DNA from: Candidatus Woesearchaeota archaeon
GTDB lineage: Archaea > Nanobdellota > Nanobdellia > SCGC-AAA011-G17 > JACPIM01
DNA: 64,000 nucleotides
Direction of reading: 5' to 3'
Assembly: GCA_964432435.1 (NCBI GenBank)
Contig: CAYSNL010000002.1
Coordinates: forward strand, 18,454 to 82,453
The number at the start of each line of letters is the position of its first letter. Position 1 is the first letter of the stretch. Position numbers and translations under genes: made by a program. A model generated the notes under the pieces. That model searched no databases, was not told the DNA's origin, and was given only the letters and a program-made list of their open reading frames with translations. Of the stretch, positions 54,899 through 64,000 are shown piece by piece.

Positions 54899-57421
54899 GT
54901 GGTGAATTTTAAAAACAAGTTGGTTTTTTTAACTGTAATCATTATATTAATTTTTGGTTTAATTGTTTTTTTGCCTAAAGAAGTAAGATCTGAAAAAATT
55001 AGTTCTGAGGTAGAAAAAGAGTTAGAAAATAATAAAGAAGTTCCTGTTATAGTAAGGTTCAGTGATTCTAATGTTGGTATTGCAAAGGCCAGTATTAGTT
55101 TTAAATCAGCCAAGGAAGAGTTAAAAAATAAAGGTTTTAAAGAAAAAATAAACTTAGAAAGTTTTAATGCTGTTGCTGGAAATGTGACAGAAGAAGTGTT
55201 AAAAGAATTAAAAGAAAATCCTAATGTTGAAAGCATACAATTTGATCATAGATTTTCAGTTGCTTTAGCAGATTCAACAAATATAATCAATGCTACTTTG
55301 GTGCATACTTTTGTTTTAAAGAATAATATTACTGGACTAGGTTTTGGGATTTGTATTTTAGATACTGGTGTAAATTATAGTCATGTTGATTTTGGTGGTT
55401 GTTTTGGTAATGGATGTAGAATTGTTGATGGATACGATTATATAAACTTAGATAGTGATCCTTATGATGATCATGGTCATGGAACTCATGTTACTGGAAT
55501 TGTTAATAAGATAGTACCTAATGCTAATTTAATACATATCAAGGTTTTGAGTTCTGGTGGTGGTGGTACTGAAAGTGGCATAAGTTCTGGGATAGACTGG
55601 TGTGTTAGTAATAAAACGAAATACAATATAACTGCGATATCAATGAGTATTGGTAGCGATAATACTTTTAGTAATTATTGTGATAGTACTTTTCCAACTT
55701 TAACTGCCGCTATTAATAATGCTATAAAAAATAATATTACTGTTTTTGCTGCAAGTGGTAATAATGGTGTTACAAGTGGTATAACAAGTCCTGCATGCAT
55801 TAAAAATGCCACTTCTGTTGGCGGAACAAATAAAGATGATACTATGGGTAGTTATACTAATAGGAATGATTTATTAGATTTATTAGCTCCAGGTTCTGAT
55901 ATAACATCTACATCTATTACTGGTGGTTATGTTAGTATGAGCGGTACAAGTATGGCAACACCTCATGCTGCGGGGGTAGTTGCTTTATTACAACAATATG
56001 ATTATGAACAAAATAATTCTTATTTAGACCCTTATAAAGTCCAAAGTGTTTTAAATGATACTGGAAGATTGATAGATAGCTGGAGGAGAATTAATATTAA
56101 GAATGCAATAGCTAGTATTGACATTATTTTTCCTGAATTATATTTAGATAAGCCTACAAATGGAACTATTTTTAATTCTATGAATAATATAAGTCTAAAT
56201 TATACAGCTAAAGACAGATTTTTAAATAAAGTTTGGTATAATATAGATTCTTTAAATAATATAAGTTTACTTGGGAATACTTCTTTTTTTCCTTTAGGCG
56301 GAAATCATATATTGACTATATTTGCAAATGATACAAGTGGGAGTACTAATTTTACAAAAATTAGTTTTGGGTTAGATATACCAAGAGTTACTTTAAATAT
56401 CCCTATAAATAATTATAATGCTTTAAATGGAAACTTGATTTTTAATTGTAGTGCATCTGATTTAACTGGGTTGGTTAATGTTAGTTTATTACATAACTTG
56501 ACTGGTCAATGGTTAATAAATCAAACTAAAGGTGTGAATGGGCTGCGAGCCAATGTTTCCTTTAGTCTAAATCTGAGTGGTAATTTAACATTTGGTTGGA
56601 ATTGTATAAGTTATGACACTAGTGGTTTTTTTGCTTTAGATGAAAATAGGACTATAAGAGTTAATTTTAATAGTGTACCTGTCGTAAATTCATTCTTTCC
56701 AAATAAAACGAATGTAACAATAGTCGAACCTCAAAATCAGAGCTTCAATATTAGTTATGGTGATGCAGATGGTGATTTGTTAAGTGTTAAATGGTATCTA
56801 AACAATAATGTTGCGAGTGAGACAGATAATTATACTTTTTATGGAAGTTATTCTAGTAGTAGGAATTATAATGTGACTGTTGTTGTAAATGATAGTTTAA
56901 GTTATAACTCGACTTTTTGGAATTTGACTGTTGAGAATTTGGAGTTTTGTGGTGATAATGTGAAAAATTCCACAGAAGCTTGTGATGGAAGTGATTTTGG
57001 TGGTGATAGTTGTTCTAATAGAGGATTTAATTCTGGTAGTTTAAGTTGTAATAGTGCTTGTTCAAGTATAGATGCTAATGCATGTAAAAATGAGGCTTCT
57101 GGTGGTGGAGGTGGTGGAGGCGGTGGTGGTACTCCTTTACCAACTGAAAAATTAGAACCAGCCCCATTCTTAGAAAGTTCTCCCGGAGAAGAGCTAAAAT
57201 CCGAAAAAGCATCTGAGAATCTAGAAGTTGCTGAAGAACCACAAGAAGAAAAGGTCCCAGAACCTGAGAAGGTTGAAATTATCAAAAAAGAAGGGATTTT
57301 AAATGGTAAATTAAGAAATATAATAATTGGTTCTATTGTTGGATTATTGATATTTTCCTCCTTAATCTTCTTTTTCAGGAAGGAATACATGTTGATTAAA
57401 AGCAAAAATAAGAAAGATTAA
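54899..57421 (+). CDS. large subtilisin-like serine protease (S8) with C-terminal beta-rich domains, poly-Gly linker and TM anchor
   Basis: 'ICILDTGV', 'HGTHVTG', 'GTSMATP' triad; many N-x-[ST] sequons; 'GGGGGGGGGG' then acidic stretch and C-terminal TM. Confidence 0.85.
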   Translation: MVNFKNKLVFLTVIIILIFGLIVFLPKEVRSEKISSEVEKELENNKEVPVIVRFSDSNVGIAKASISFKSAKEELKNKGFKEKINLESFNAVAGNVTEEVLKELKENPNVESIQFDHRFSVALADSTNIINATLVHTFVLKNNITGLGFGICILDTGVNYSHVDFGGCFGNGCRIVDGYDYINLDSDPYDDHGHGTHVTGIVNKIVPNANLIHIKVLSSGGGGTESGISSGIDWCVSNKTKYNITAISMSIGSDNTFSNYCDSTFPTLTAAINNAIKNNITVFAASGNNGVTSGITSPACIKNATSVGGTNKDDTMGSYTNRNDLLDLLAPGSDITSTSITGGYVSMSGTSMATPHAAGVVALLQQYDYEQNNSYLDPYKVQSVLNDTGRLIDSWRRINIKNAIASIDIIFPELYLDKPTNGTIFNSMNNISLNYTAKDRFLNKVWYNIDSLNNISLLGNTSFFPLGGNHILTIFANDTSGSTNFTKISFGLDIPRVTLNIPINNYNALNGNLIFNCSASDLTGLVNVSLLHNLTGQWLINQTKGVNGLRANVSFSLNLSGNLTFGWNCISYDTSGFFALDENRTIRVNFNSVPVVNSFFPNKTNVTIVEPQNQSFNISYGDADGDLLSVKWYLNNNVASETDNYTFYGSYSSSRNYNVTVVVNDSLSYNSTFWNLTVENLEFCGDNVKNSTEACDGSDFGGDSCSNRGFNSGSLSCNSACSSIDANACKNEASGGGGGGGGGGTPLPTEKLEPAPFLESSPGEELKSEKASENLEVAEEPQEEKVPEPEKVEIIKKEGILNGKLRNIIIGSIVGLLIFSSLIFFFRKEYMLIKSKNKKD

Positions 57422-57512
57422 TCTTATTTTAACATTTAAATTATAAAACGCAAGATTTATATAGTACTTTTTTATTAATATAAATTTGTGAAGAGAAGAA
57501 AGGCTTGAAAGC

Positions 57513-57821
57513 TTGTTTCTCGGGGTGATAAAAATTAAGAATTTATTGCCGAGTTTAAAAGAAAGGAAGAGATATATTTTATATCAAATTAATAAGAAAA
57601 TGGATAAATATGAAATAGAGAGAAGTTTAAAGGATTTCATAGGAGAATTAGGATTGGCTAAATCTGGTTTAAGGTTTATTAAACATCAAGGAGAAAAAGG
57701 TATAATCCAAGTTAATCATAATTTTGTTGATCATGTTAAAACTGGTTTGGCCCTAATCTATAGACCGGATATTACTATAAGAACTGTTAAAGTTTCTGGT
57801 AGTTTAAATGGGGTAAATTAA
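57513..57821 (+). CDS. RNase P protein subunit Pop5 (Rpp14)
   Basis: 'LKERKRYILYQI' N-terminal Pop5 block, ~100 aa, position next to psmA. Confidence 0.55.
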   Translation: MFLGVIKIKNLLPSLKERKRYILYQINKKMDKYEIERSLKDFIGELGLAKSGLRFIKHQGEKGIIQVNHNFVDHVKTGLALIYRPDITIRTVKVSGSLNGVN

Positions 57822-57822
57822 G

Positions 57823-58068
57823 ATGGGTTTTCCTAGAGAAGTTACTAATGAGGATTTAAGATGGTATGCCGGATTACAAAGAAGGTTTCCTGATGAATCT
57901 GATACCAAATATTTTTTAAAAAGAACAGATCAGCTTGGGAGATATTTGTTTGTAAGTGGTGTTATTGGTAGGGGTAACTGTGTTATGAGTGAATATCAAA
58001 GGTTAATGCAAGAAGAACAAGGAGAGTTACAAATAGCCTTATTAGAACAAGTTTTAAATTTAGATTAA
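57823..58068 (+). CDS. hypothetical protein
   Basis: 81 aa; sits where Rpp30 is found in many archaeal superoperons, but no similarity recognised. Confidence 0.3.
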   Translation: MGFPREVTNEDLRWYAGLQRRFPDESDTKYFLKRTDQLGRYLFVSGVIGRGNCVMSEYQRLMQEEQGELQIALLEQVLNLD

Positions 58069-58078
58069 TAAAGGAGGA

Positions 58079-58813
58079 ATGAAAATGCAACCACAAATGT
58101 CACATCAGGTAATGGGTTATGATAGAACAAGTACTATGTTTAGCCCTGATGGCAGGTTATTGCAAGTTGAATATGCTAAAAAAACAGTTAAACAAGGTAC
58201 AAGTGCAGTTGGTATTGTCTGTAAAGATGGTGTAGTTTTGGTAGCTGATAAAAGAATAGTTGAAAAATTAATAGTCCCTGAAAGTGTTGAAAAAGTTTTT
58301 CAAGTTGATGATCATGTAGCTGCAACAGCTTCTGGTATATTGAGTGATGGCAGAATCTTGATTGAGAGAGCACAAGTTTTAGCACAACAGCATAAAGTTA
58401 CTTATGACTCACCAATAGATGTTCAAAGCATTGTTAAAGATATTTGCAATATAAAACAACAATTTACGCAATATGGCGGGGCAAGGCCATTTGGTGTAAG
58501 TATTTTATTTGCTGGTGTTGATGGCGATGAAAATGAAGGGGTTCCTAAGTTATTCTTAACTGATCCGACAGGAATCTTCTTTGAGTTTAAAGCTACAGCA
58601 ATTGGTGAAGGTGAAATTGAGATAAAGGAAATTTTAGATAGTGAATATAAAGAGAATATTACTATTGAAGATGGTATAAAATTAGCTATGAAGACTATAA
58701 AAAAGGTTTTAGGGAAAGAGTTTGATATTTCAAGAATTGATGGAGCATATATCACTGTTAGCGAGAAGAAGTTTAATAGGTTAACGCAAGATAAACTTTC
58801 TAAATATAAGTAA
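58079..58813 (+). CDS. psmA: proteasome alpha subunit
   Basis: 'YDRTSTMFSPDGRLLQVEYAKK' alpha-subunit N-terminal signature; AAGGAGG upstream. Confidence 0.9.
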   Translation: MKMQPQMSHQVMGYDRTSTMFSPDGRLLQVEYAKKTVKQGTSAVGIVCKDGVVLVADKRIVEKLIVPESVEKVFQVDDHVAATASGILSDGRILIERAQVLAQQHKVTYDSPIDVQSIVKDICNIKQQFTQYGGARPFGVSILFAGVDGDENEGVPKLFLTDPTGIFFEFKATAIGEGEIEIKEILDSEYKENITIEDGIKLAMKTIKKVLGKEFDISRIDGAYITVSEKKFNRLTQDKLSKYK

Positions 58814-58814
58814 G

Positions 58815-59510
58815 ATGGTTAACGTAGATAAAGCAGTAGTTGCTAGATTAGAAAAGAATGGAAAGAAATTCGAAATTTTAGTAGATTGTGATAAAGCATT
58901 AGAACTGAAGCAAGGCAAAAGTATTTCTATAGATGATGTACTTGCTGTTGATGCAATTTACAAAGATGTAAAGAAAGGAGATAAAGCTAGTGAGCATGAT
59001 TTACAGAACATATTCAAGACTAATGATGTTAGAGAAATAAGTAAGATAATTATTATTAAAGGAACTGTACAATTAACTAGAGAGCATTTAGCCAAACAAA
59101 GGGAAGAAGTTAAAAAACAGATAATTAATCTTATACATAGAAATGCGGTTGATCCTAAAACTGGTTTACCACATCCGCCGCAAAGAATAGAAAGTGCAAT
59201 GGAAGAAGCTAAAGTTCACATTGATGAAAATAAATCTGCCGCAGACCAAGTTGATGATATTTTAAAGAAATTAAGGGTGATAATACCAATTAAATTTGAG
59301 ACGAAAAAAATCGAGGTTGTTATACCGGCCAGATTTGCGGGTCAAAGTTTTCATGTTTTAAAAAGTTACGGGAACCCAAGCAACGAATGGTTAAATAACG
59401 GTAATCTAAAATCAACTTTAGAATTGCCTGGTGGTTTAATTGATGAATTTTTTTCTAAATTAAATGGATTATGCCATGGAGAGGTGGAGAGTAAAATATT
59501 GGAGGAATAA
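58815..59510 (+). CDS. SBDS-family ribosome maturation protein
   Basis: 'VVARLEKNGKKFEILVDCDKALELKQG' FYSH domain. Confidence 0.85.
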   Translation: MVNVDKAVVARLEKNGKKFEILVDCDKALELKQGKSISIDDVLAVDAIYKDVKKGDKASEHDLQNIFKTNDVREISKIIIIKGTVQLTREHLAKQREEVKKQIINLIHRNAVDPKTGLPHPPQRIESAMEEAKVHIDENKSAADQVDDILKKLRVIIPIKFETKKIEVVIPARFAGQSFHVLKSYGNPSNEWLNNGNLKSTLELPGGLIDEFFSKLNGLCHGEVESKILEE

Positions 59511-59512
59511 AG

Positions 59513-60220
59513 ATGGGAGAACTTAAAGTAAAAGATAAGGATATAGTAGTCCCTGGAGATATATTAGCTGCCGGTATGGATTTTTTACCAGCAGGAGGAG
59601 CTTTTAGAGAAGGAGAAGATATTATTGCTTCTCAAGTTGGAGTCGTAAACGTAAGTGGAAGATTAATAAAATTAGTTCCATTAAATGTAAAATATATACC
59701 TAAAAGAGGAGATACTGTTATTGGAAAAGTTGTTGATGTTACAAATAGTTGTTGGTTTGTTGATATAGGTTATTCAAATCAGGCATGTATCCCTCTTAGG
59801 GATGGAAGCATGGATTATATACCAAAAGGTGCAGATTTAACACAATATTACACTTATGACGATTTTGTAGTTGCGAATATTACTAGTGTTTCTAAAGATA
59901 AAGAAATAGATTTATCTATGAAGGGTCCTGGATTAAGGAAACTATCTGAAGGTAGGATGATAAAAGTTAATTCTGCAAAAGTACCAAGAATAATTGGTAA
60001 GCAGGGAAGTATGATTTCTATGATTAAACAAATGACAGATTGCAGGATAATTGTTGGCCAGAACGGTTATGTATGGTTGTATAGCATTGATCCTGCAAAA
60101 GAGTTAATAGCTGTTGATGCTATTAAAAGAATTGAAGATAGGGCGCATATTCATGGATTAACAGATGAAATTAAAGCATATTTAGAAAGTAAGGTAGGTG
60201 TTAAAAATGCCGTACAATAA
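59513..60220 (+). CDS. rrp4: exosome RNA-binding subunit Rrp4 (S1 + KH)
   Basis: S1 block 'PKRGDTVIGKVVDVTNSCWFVDIG', KH block 'IIGKQGSMISMIKQMTDCRIIVGQNGYVWL'. Confidence 0.8.
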   Translation: MGELKVKDKDIVVPGDILAAGMDFLPAGGAFREGEDIIASQVGVVNVSGRLIKLVPLNVKYIPKRGDTVIGKVVDVTNSCWFVDIGYSNQACIPLRDGSMDYIPKGADLTQYYTYDDFVVANITSVSKDKEIDLSMKGPGLRKLSEGRMIKVNSAKVPRIIGKQGSMISMIKQMTDCRIIVGQNGYVWLYSIDPAKELIAVDAIKRIEDRAHIHGLTDEIKAYLESKVGVKNAVQ

Positions 60221-60905
60221 AAGATTTGATGGTAGAAAATTTGACGAACTAAGGGAAATTAGTGCTGAAGTTGGTGTAATTCCTAATGCTGATGGTAGTG
60301 CAAAATTTAAGATTGGTAAAACAATAGCTGTTGCTGCTGTTTATGGCCCAAGAGTATTGCATCCTAGATTCCTTCAGAATCCTACAAAGGGTGTTTTGAG
60401 ATGTAATTACAATATGATGAGTTTTTCTGGTTCTGGTGAGAGAATCAGGCCTGGTCCAAGTAGGAGAAGTAAAGAAATTAGTTATATAACAGAAAGAGCT
60501 TTAGAACCTGTTTTAGATTTAAATGAATTTCCAGGAGCTGTGATTGATGTATTTATTGAATTAATACAAACAGATGCTGGGACCAGATGTGCAGGTATTA
60601 CAGCTGCTGCTTTAGCTTTAGCAGATGCAGGTTTTCCTATGAAAGATTTAGTTTCAGCTATTGCCGCTGGAAGGATAGAAGATAAAATAGTCGTTGATGT
60701 TTCTAAGGAAGAAGAAGACTATGAAGGTGGAATGGCTGATATCCCGGTTGCAATAATGCCTAGGACTGGTGAAATAACTTTATTACAAATGGATGGTTTA
60801 GTTACATTAGCCGAGCTGAAAGAAGTTTTAAAAGCTGTAAAAAAGGCATGCGATCAAATCTATAAAGCACAAAAAGATGCTTTAAAATTGAGGTATTCAA
60901 AATGA
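60198..60905 (+). CDS. rrp41: exosome catalytic subunit Rrp41 (RNase PH fold)
   Basis: 'RFDGRKFDELREI', 'DGSAKFKIGKT', 'QTDAGTRCAGITAAALALADAG' RNase PH blocks. Confidence 0.85.
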   Translation: MLKMPYNKRFDGRKFDELREISAEVGVIPNADGSAKFKIGKTIAVAAVYGPRVLHPRFLQNPTKGVLRCNYNMMSFSGSGERIRPGPSRRSKEISYITERALEPVLDLNEFPGAVIDVFIELIQTDAGTRCAGITAAALALADAGFPMKDLVSAIAAGRIEDKIVVDVSKEEEDYEGGMADIPVAIMPRTGEITLLQMDGLVTLAELKEVLKAVKKACDQIYKAQKDALKLRYSK

Positions 60906-61690
60906 ATAATAATATAGTCACAAATCACGTTGTTAATCTTTTAGAAAAGGAGTTTAGATTAGACGGCAGAAAATTAGATCAATTTAGAGATATAAAAATT
61001 GAATATGGAATAAGCAATAAATCTGCTGAAGGTAGTGCTTTGGTAAAAATTGGTAAAACAGAAGTTATTGCTGGTGTTAAGATGGATGTTGGTGCACCAT
61101 ATCCAGATAAGCTTGATGAAGGAACTATTATAGTTAATGTTGAACTAATACCTTTAAGTTCTGCTGAGTTTGAGTCTGGACCACCATCAATTAAAAGTAT
61201 TGAAATGGCTAGGTCTGTAGTTGATAGGGGGTTAAGGGAAAGCAAGGCTATTGATTTTAAGAAATTATGCATTAAGAAGGGAGAAAAGGTATGGACTATC
61301 TTAATTGATGCCTATAGTCTGAATGATGATGGAAATCTAGCTGATGCTATGGGGTTAGCTACTTTAGCTGCTATTAAAGATGCTAAATATCCTAAATATG
61401 ATGAAAAAACTGAAAAAATTGATTATATAGAAAAAACAAAGAAAGGTGTCGATTTAAAAGAGATTCCAATACCTGTGACTATTTTAAAAATAAAAAATAA
61501 ATTTATTGTTGATCCTGTATTAGATGAAGAGAATGCTATGAGTGCTAGATTAACTGTAACGACTGTGGAAGATGGAAGAATATGTGCTTTGCAGAAAGGC
61601 GGAGACTTGGCTTTAACTATAGATGATGTAGAGAAAATGATTGAACTAGCTACTAAGAAAGGTAAAGAGTTAAGAAAGCTTTTTAAATAA
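60902..61690 (+). CDS. rrp42: exosome subunit Rrp42 (RNase PH-like, non-catalytic)
   Basis: 'RLDGRKLDQFRD', 'EGSALVKIGKTEVIAGVK'. Confidence 0.85.
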   Translation: MNNNIVTNHVVNLLEKEFRLDGRKLDQFRDIKIEYGISNKSAEGSALVKIGKTEVIAGVKMDVGAPYPDKLDEGTIIVNVELIPLSSAEFESGPPSIKSIEMARSVVDRGLRESKAIDFKKLCIKKGEKVWTILIDAYSLNDDGNLADAMGLATLAAIKDAKYPKYDEKTEKIDYIEKTKKGVDLKEIPIPVTILKIKNKFIVDPVLDEENAMSARLTVTTVEDGRICALQKGGDLALTIDDVEKMIELATKKGKELRKLFK

Positions 61691-61771
61691 ACCTTTCTTT
61701 TAAAAAAAGAAACCCAGATTGTTTATACAATTGGGGTCCAAATAAAAGCTTTGTGTGTTTGTGAAAGAAAA

Positions 61772-61984
61772 ATGGATAAAAAAATTATTTATACAAAATA
61801 TGAAAAAGCTAGAATAATAGGTGCTAGGGCTTTGCAATTAGCTATGGGGGCGCCACTTCTTATCAAAATGAGTAAAAAAGACTTTGAAAATATAAAGTTT
61901 AGCCCTATTGAAATTGCTAAAAAAGAATTTGAAGAAGGAATATTACCTATAACAATAAAAAGACCCTTACCTGGTAGAGTTTAG
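61772..61984 (+). CDS. rpoK: DNA-directed RNA polymerase subunit K (Rpb6 homolog)
   Basis: '[21 protein letters not shown]' conserved Rpb6 block; ATG 61772 (ORF-track TTG 61751). Confidence 0.75.
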   Translation: MDKKIIYTKYEKARIIGARALQLAMGAPLLIKMSKKDFENIKFSPIEIAKKEFEEGILPITIKRPLPGRV

Positions 61985-61997
61985 GGGGCGGAGACTA

Positions 61998-62444
61998 ATG
62001 GAAGATTTGGATGTAAGTGAGAAAAGAATTGGTACTACAGAAACTCTTCTTGGTTTGATTGCAGTAGCATGTGAAAAAGCACAAGAAAGAACTAATAACG
62101 TCTTTGCAGGTTTCACCTATGGAGAATTATTTAATGGTATTCATAAATTGCAACTTGATCCAAAGTTTGAAAAGGAGCTTAAATATTTAGACTTTGAACT
62201 AGTTGGCCCTGATTCATGGTATTCCCGATCATTAGATGATTTTCTTTTTATGACAGGGGTTCCTTGGGGCGGTGTTGGCTTTCATCAGACTGTAATTGAA
62301 TATGGTATGCATATACTAACTGTAGAACCTAGTGCTGCTAAAAAAAGAATAAGATGGTTAAGAGAAAAATATGGAGAAGAATCAGTAAGCAGGATAGAAG
62401 AAATGGCTGATGCTTTAATAAAGGTTATGCCGAGATATAGTTAA
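61998..62444 (+). CDS. hypothetical protein
   Basis: 148 aa, no family recognised; GGGGG(A)GG upstream. Confidence 0.3.
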   Translation: MEDLDVSEKRIGTTETLLGLIAVACEKAQERTNNVFAGFTYGELFNGIHKLQLDPKFEKELKYLDFELVGPDSWYSRSLDDFLFMTGVPWGGVGFHQTVIEYGMHILTVEPSAAKKRIRWLREKYGEESVSRIEEMADALIKVMPRYS

Positions 62445-62486
62445 TTAAATAAAATTTATATACTAACTAATTCTTATTTTTGTTTA

Positions 62487-63638
62487 ATGAGGATAAAAAA
62501 AATAAAAGGTGAAGTTATTTTAAATTCTAGAGGAGAAAGAACAATTGAAATTATGGTTAATAGGAGATTTAGTGGGAGTGCTCCACTAGGAGCTTCTGTA
62601 GGGAAACATGAAGTTTTTCCTTTTCCAAAAACTGGAGTTCCTTTAAGTTTTGTTAATAGGGTTTTGCATAAAGCATTGAAAGGATTTAGATTTGACGGTT
62701 TCGAAGATCTTGAAGAAATAGAAGATATTATTTTTAAGTATGATGATACTGAAAAACTTGAGAAAGTAGGTGGAAATGTAATCATAGCATTAGAATACGC
62801 TTTGTTGAGGGCAATAAGTGGAAATGAGGTTTGGAGTTTTTTAAATCAAAGTCCTGATTCCTTACCAATACCTCTTGGTAATTGCATTGGGGGAGGAAAA
62901 CATTATAGGGGAGAGAGTACTGATTTTCAGGAATTTTTATTAATGCCAGGGGCTGATAATTTCAAGGAAAATGCCTTTGCTAATCATTATATTTATAAAA
63001 TGATTGAAAAAAATTTAAAGCCAATAGGTAGAAATGATGAAGGTGCTTGGATAACAACCTTAGATGCTGTTACAATTTTGGATTTTTTGAAAAATTTAAC
63101 CGAAGAATTCTTTGAAAAGTTTGATATCTTTGTTGGGTTAGGTATTGATGTTGCTGCAACTAGCCTTCATAGTGGGGGGTTTTATTTTTATAAAAAAGGG
63201 AGATTAAGAAAAGAACATCAAGTCAAATATGTAAACGGATTAATATCAAAATATGGATTAGAATATATTGAGGATCCATTGGAGGAAAATGATTTCGATG
63301 GTTTTTCGAGAATAAAATGTGAAATGGTCTGTGGTGATGATTTAATATGCACAAATTTAGAGAGATTAAGAAAAGCTGGTGATTCAATTAATGCTGTGAT
63401 TATTAAACCTAACCAAATTGGTTCTTTAATCAAAACAAAAAGAGTTGTTGATTGGGCAAAAATGAATAATATTATTCCTGTAATCTCTCATAGAAGTGGT
63501 GAAACCAGTGATAGTATGATCTCTGATTTGGCTGTTGGTTGGGATATACCATATATTAAATGTGGAATATTTGGTAAAGAAAGACTAACAAAAATAAATA
63601 GATTAAAATATATTGAAAATAAAATTAAAAAGAGCTAG
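62487..63638 (+). CDS. eno: enolase-like protein (short, divergent)
   Basis: 'KIKGEVILNSRGERTIEIMV' N-terminal enolase block and 'ISHRSGETSDSMISDLAVG' (cf. SHRSGETED); only 383 aa. Confidence 0.65.
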   Translation: MRIKKIKGEVILNSRGERTIEIMVNRRFSGSAPLGASVGKHEVFPFPKTGVPLSFVNRVLHKALKGFRFDGFEDLEEIEDIIFKYDDTEKLEKVGGNVIIALEYALLRAISGNEVWSFLNQSPDSLPIPLGNCIGGGKHYRGESTDFQEFLLMPGADNFKENAFANHYIYKMIEKNLKPIGRNDEGAWITTLDAVTILDFLKNLTEEFFEKFDIFVGLGIDVAATSLHSGGFYFYKKGRLRKEHQVKYVNGLISKYGLEYIEDPLEENDFDGFSRIKCEMVCGDDLICTNLERLRKAGDSINAVIIKPNQIGSLIKTKRVVDWAKMNNIIPVISHRSGETSDSMISDLAVGWDIPYIKCGIFGKERLTKINRLKYIENKIKKS

Positions 63639-63891
63639 TTGCTTTCTTTAATAACGTCTTGAGCTTCTTATTTTCATCAAATACCCACTCTATACCTTCA
63701 TCACCAATATAAATCTTGTTGCTTAATTCTAAATATTCTAAAACAATGTTTAATGTTTGCCTCATAGTCTTCTTTGGTAGACTATTTAATATTGCATTTT
63801 TGCTAACAGGTTTTCTTTGTTCTTGTAAAAAACCCTCTACCATAAGAACTGTTTTCAAATTTGGATAATGAATTGGTTTTTGTTGGAACAT
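63625..63891 (-). CDS. hypothetical protein
   Basis: 88 aa, convergent with eno, no motif. Confidence 0.3.
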   Translation of the reverse strand: MFQQKPIHYPNLKTVLMVEGFLQEQRKPVSKNAILNSLPKKTMRQTLNIVLEYLELSNKIYIGDEGIEWVFDENKKLKTLLKKATSSF

Positions 63892-64000
63892 AGTGTATAA
63901 GTTTATATATATGTTGATTTATTAAATATTATAAAAATCAGGTAGTATATAAAATTATATATCATTTATTGGTTATGTTACAATTATTAAGTGCTAATGA

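Noticed and set aside
57106-57135. GGN repeat as a non-coding microsatellite or G-quadruplex element
   Set aside because: It is in frame inside the subtilisin CDS and simply encodes a Gly10 linker.
1-64000. CRISPR arrays, transposases, integrases or prophage genes
   Set aside because: No regularly spaced direct repeats with unique spacers were seen. No DDE/serine/tyrosine recombinase motifs were recognised. The intron-containing tRNA-Ser is not followed by an integrase.

Overview
AT-rich (about 30% GC), tightly packed archaeal chromosomal segment of roughly 90 genes. The gene content is archaeal throughout, and the compact, partly reduced proteins suggest a small-genome (DPANN-like) archaeon.

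The 3' end holds the conserved exosome/proteasome superoperon: Fap7, Rpp30, Pop5, PsmA, SBDS, Rrp4, Rrp41, Rrp42, RpoK, enolase. A class-III signal peptide pilin is present.

Recognisable housekeeping genes include RNase HII, RtcA, ThrRS, diphthine synthase, UMP kinase, malic enzyme, dihydroorotate dehydrogenase and a P-type ATPase.

A large Fe-S and sulfur-trafficking neighbourhood spans 19.3-28.2 kb. It holds sufBDSUC preceded by a small HTH regulator with a perfect palindromic operator, an IscA-type carrier fused to DUF1858, and a tRNA-thiolation module (Ncs6/TtuA-like PP-loop ATPase, SAMP ending in Gly-Gly, UbaA E1). Upstream of that module is an unusual internally duplicated zinc-ribbon protein.

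Several genes suggest bacterial-type envelope biochemistry in an archaeal background. There is an Lgt prolipoprotein diacylglyceryl transferase homolog. There are VKOR, DsbA-like and thioredoxin-like proteins next to very Cys-rich secreted proteins. A CcdA, TlpA-like, DoxX and CuA-cupredoxin lipoprotein operon lies a few kb upstream. A GGDEF diguanylate cyclase is also present.

Other points of note:
- a surface-appendage locus (pilin, two S8 subtilisins, tandem paralogous surface proteins);
- a tRNA-Ser(GCU) interrupted by two introns;
- a hairpin-rich candidate ncRNA upstream of rtcA;
- a thymidylate-synthase-like fusion protein co-transcribed with a Cys-less glutaredoxin;
- a split, permuted GlcD/GlcF-like flavo-Fe-S oxidoreductase.

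No CRISPR array, transposase or integrase was seen.
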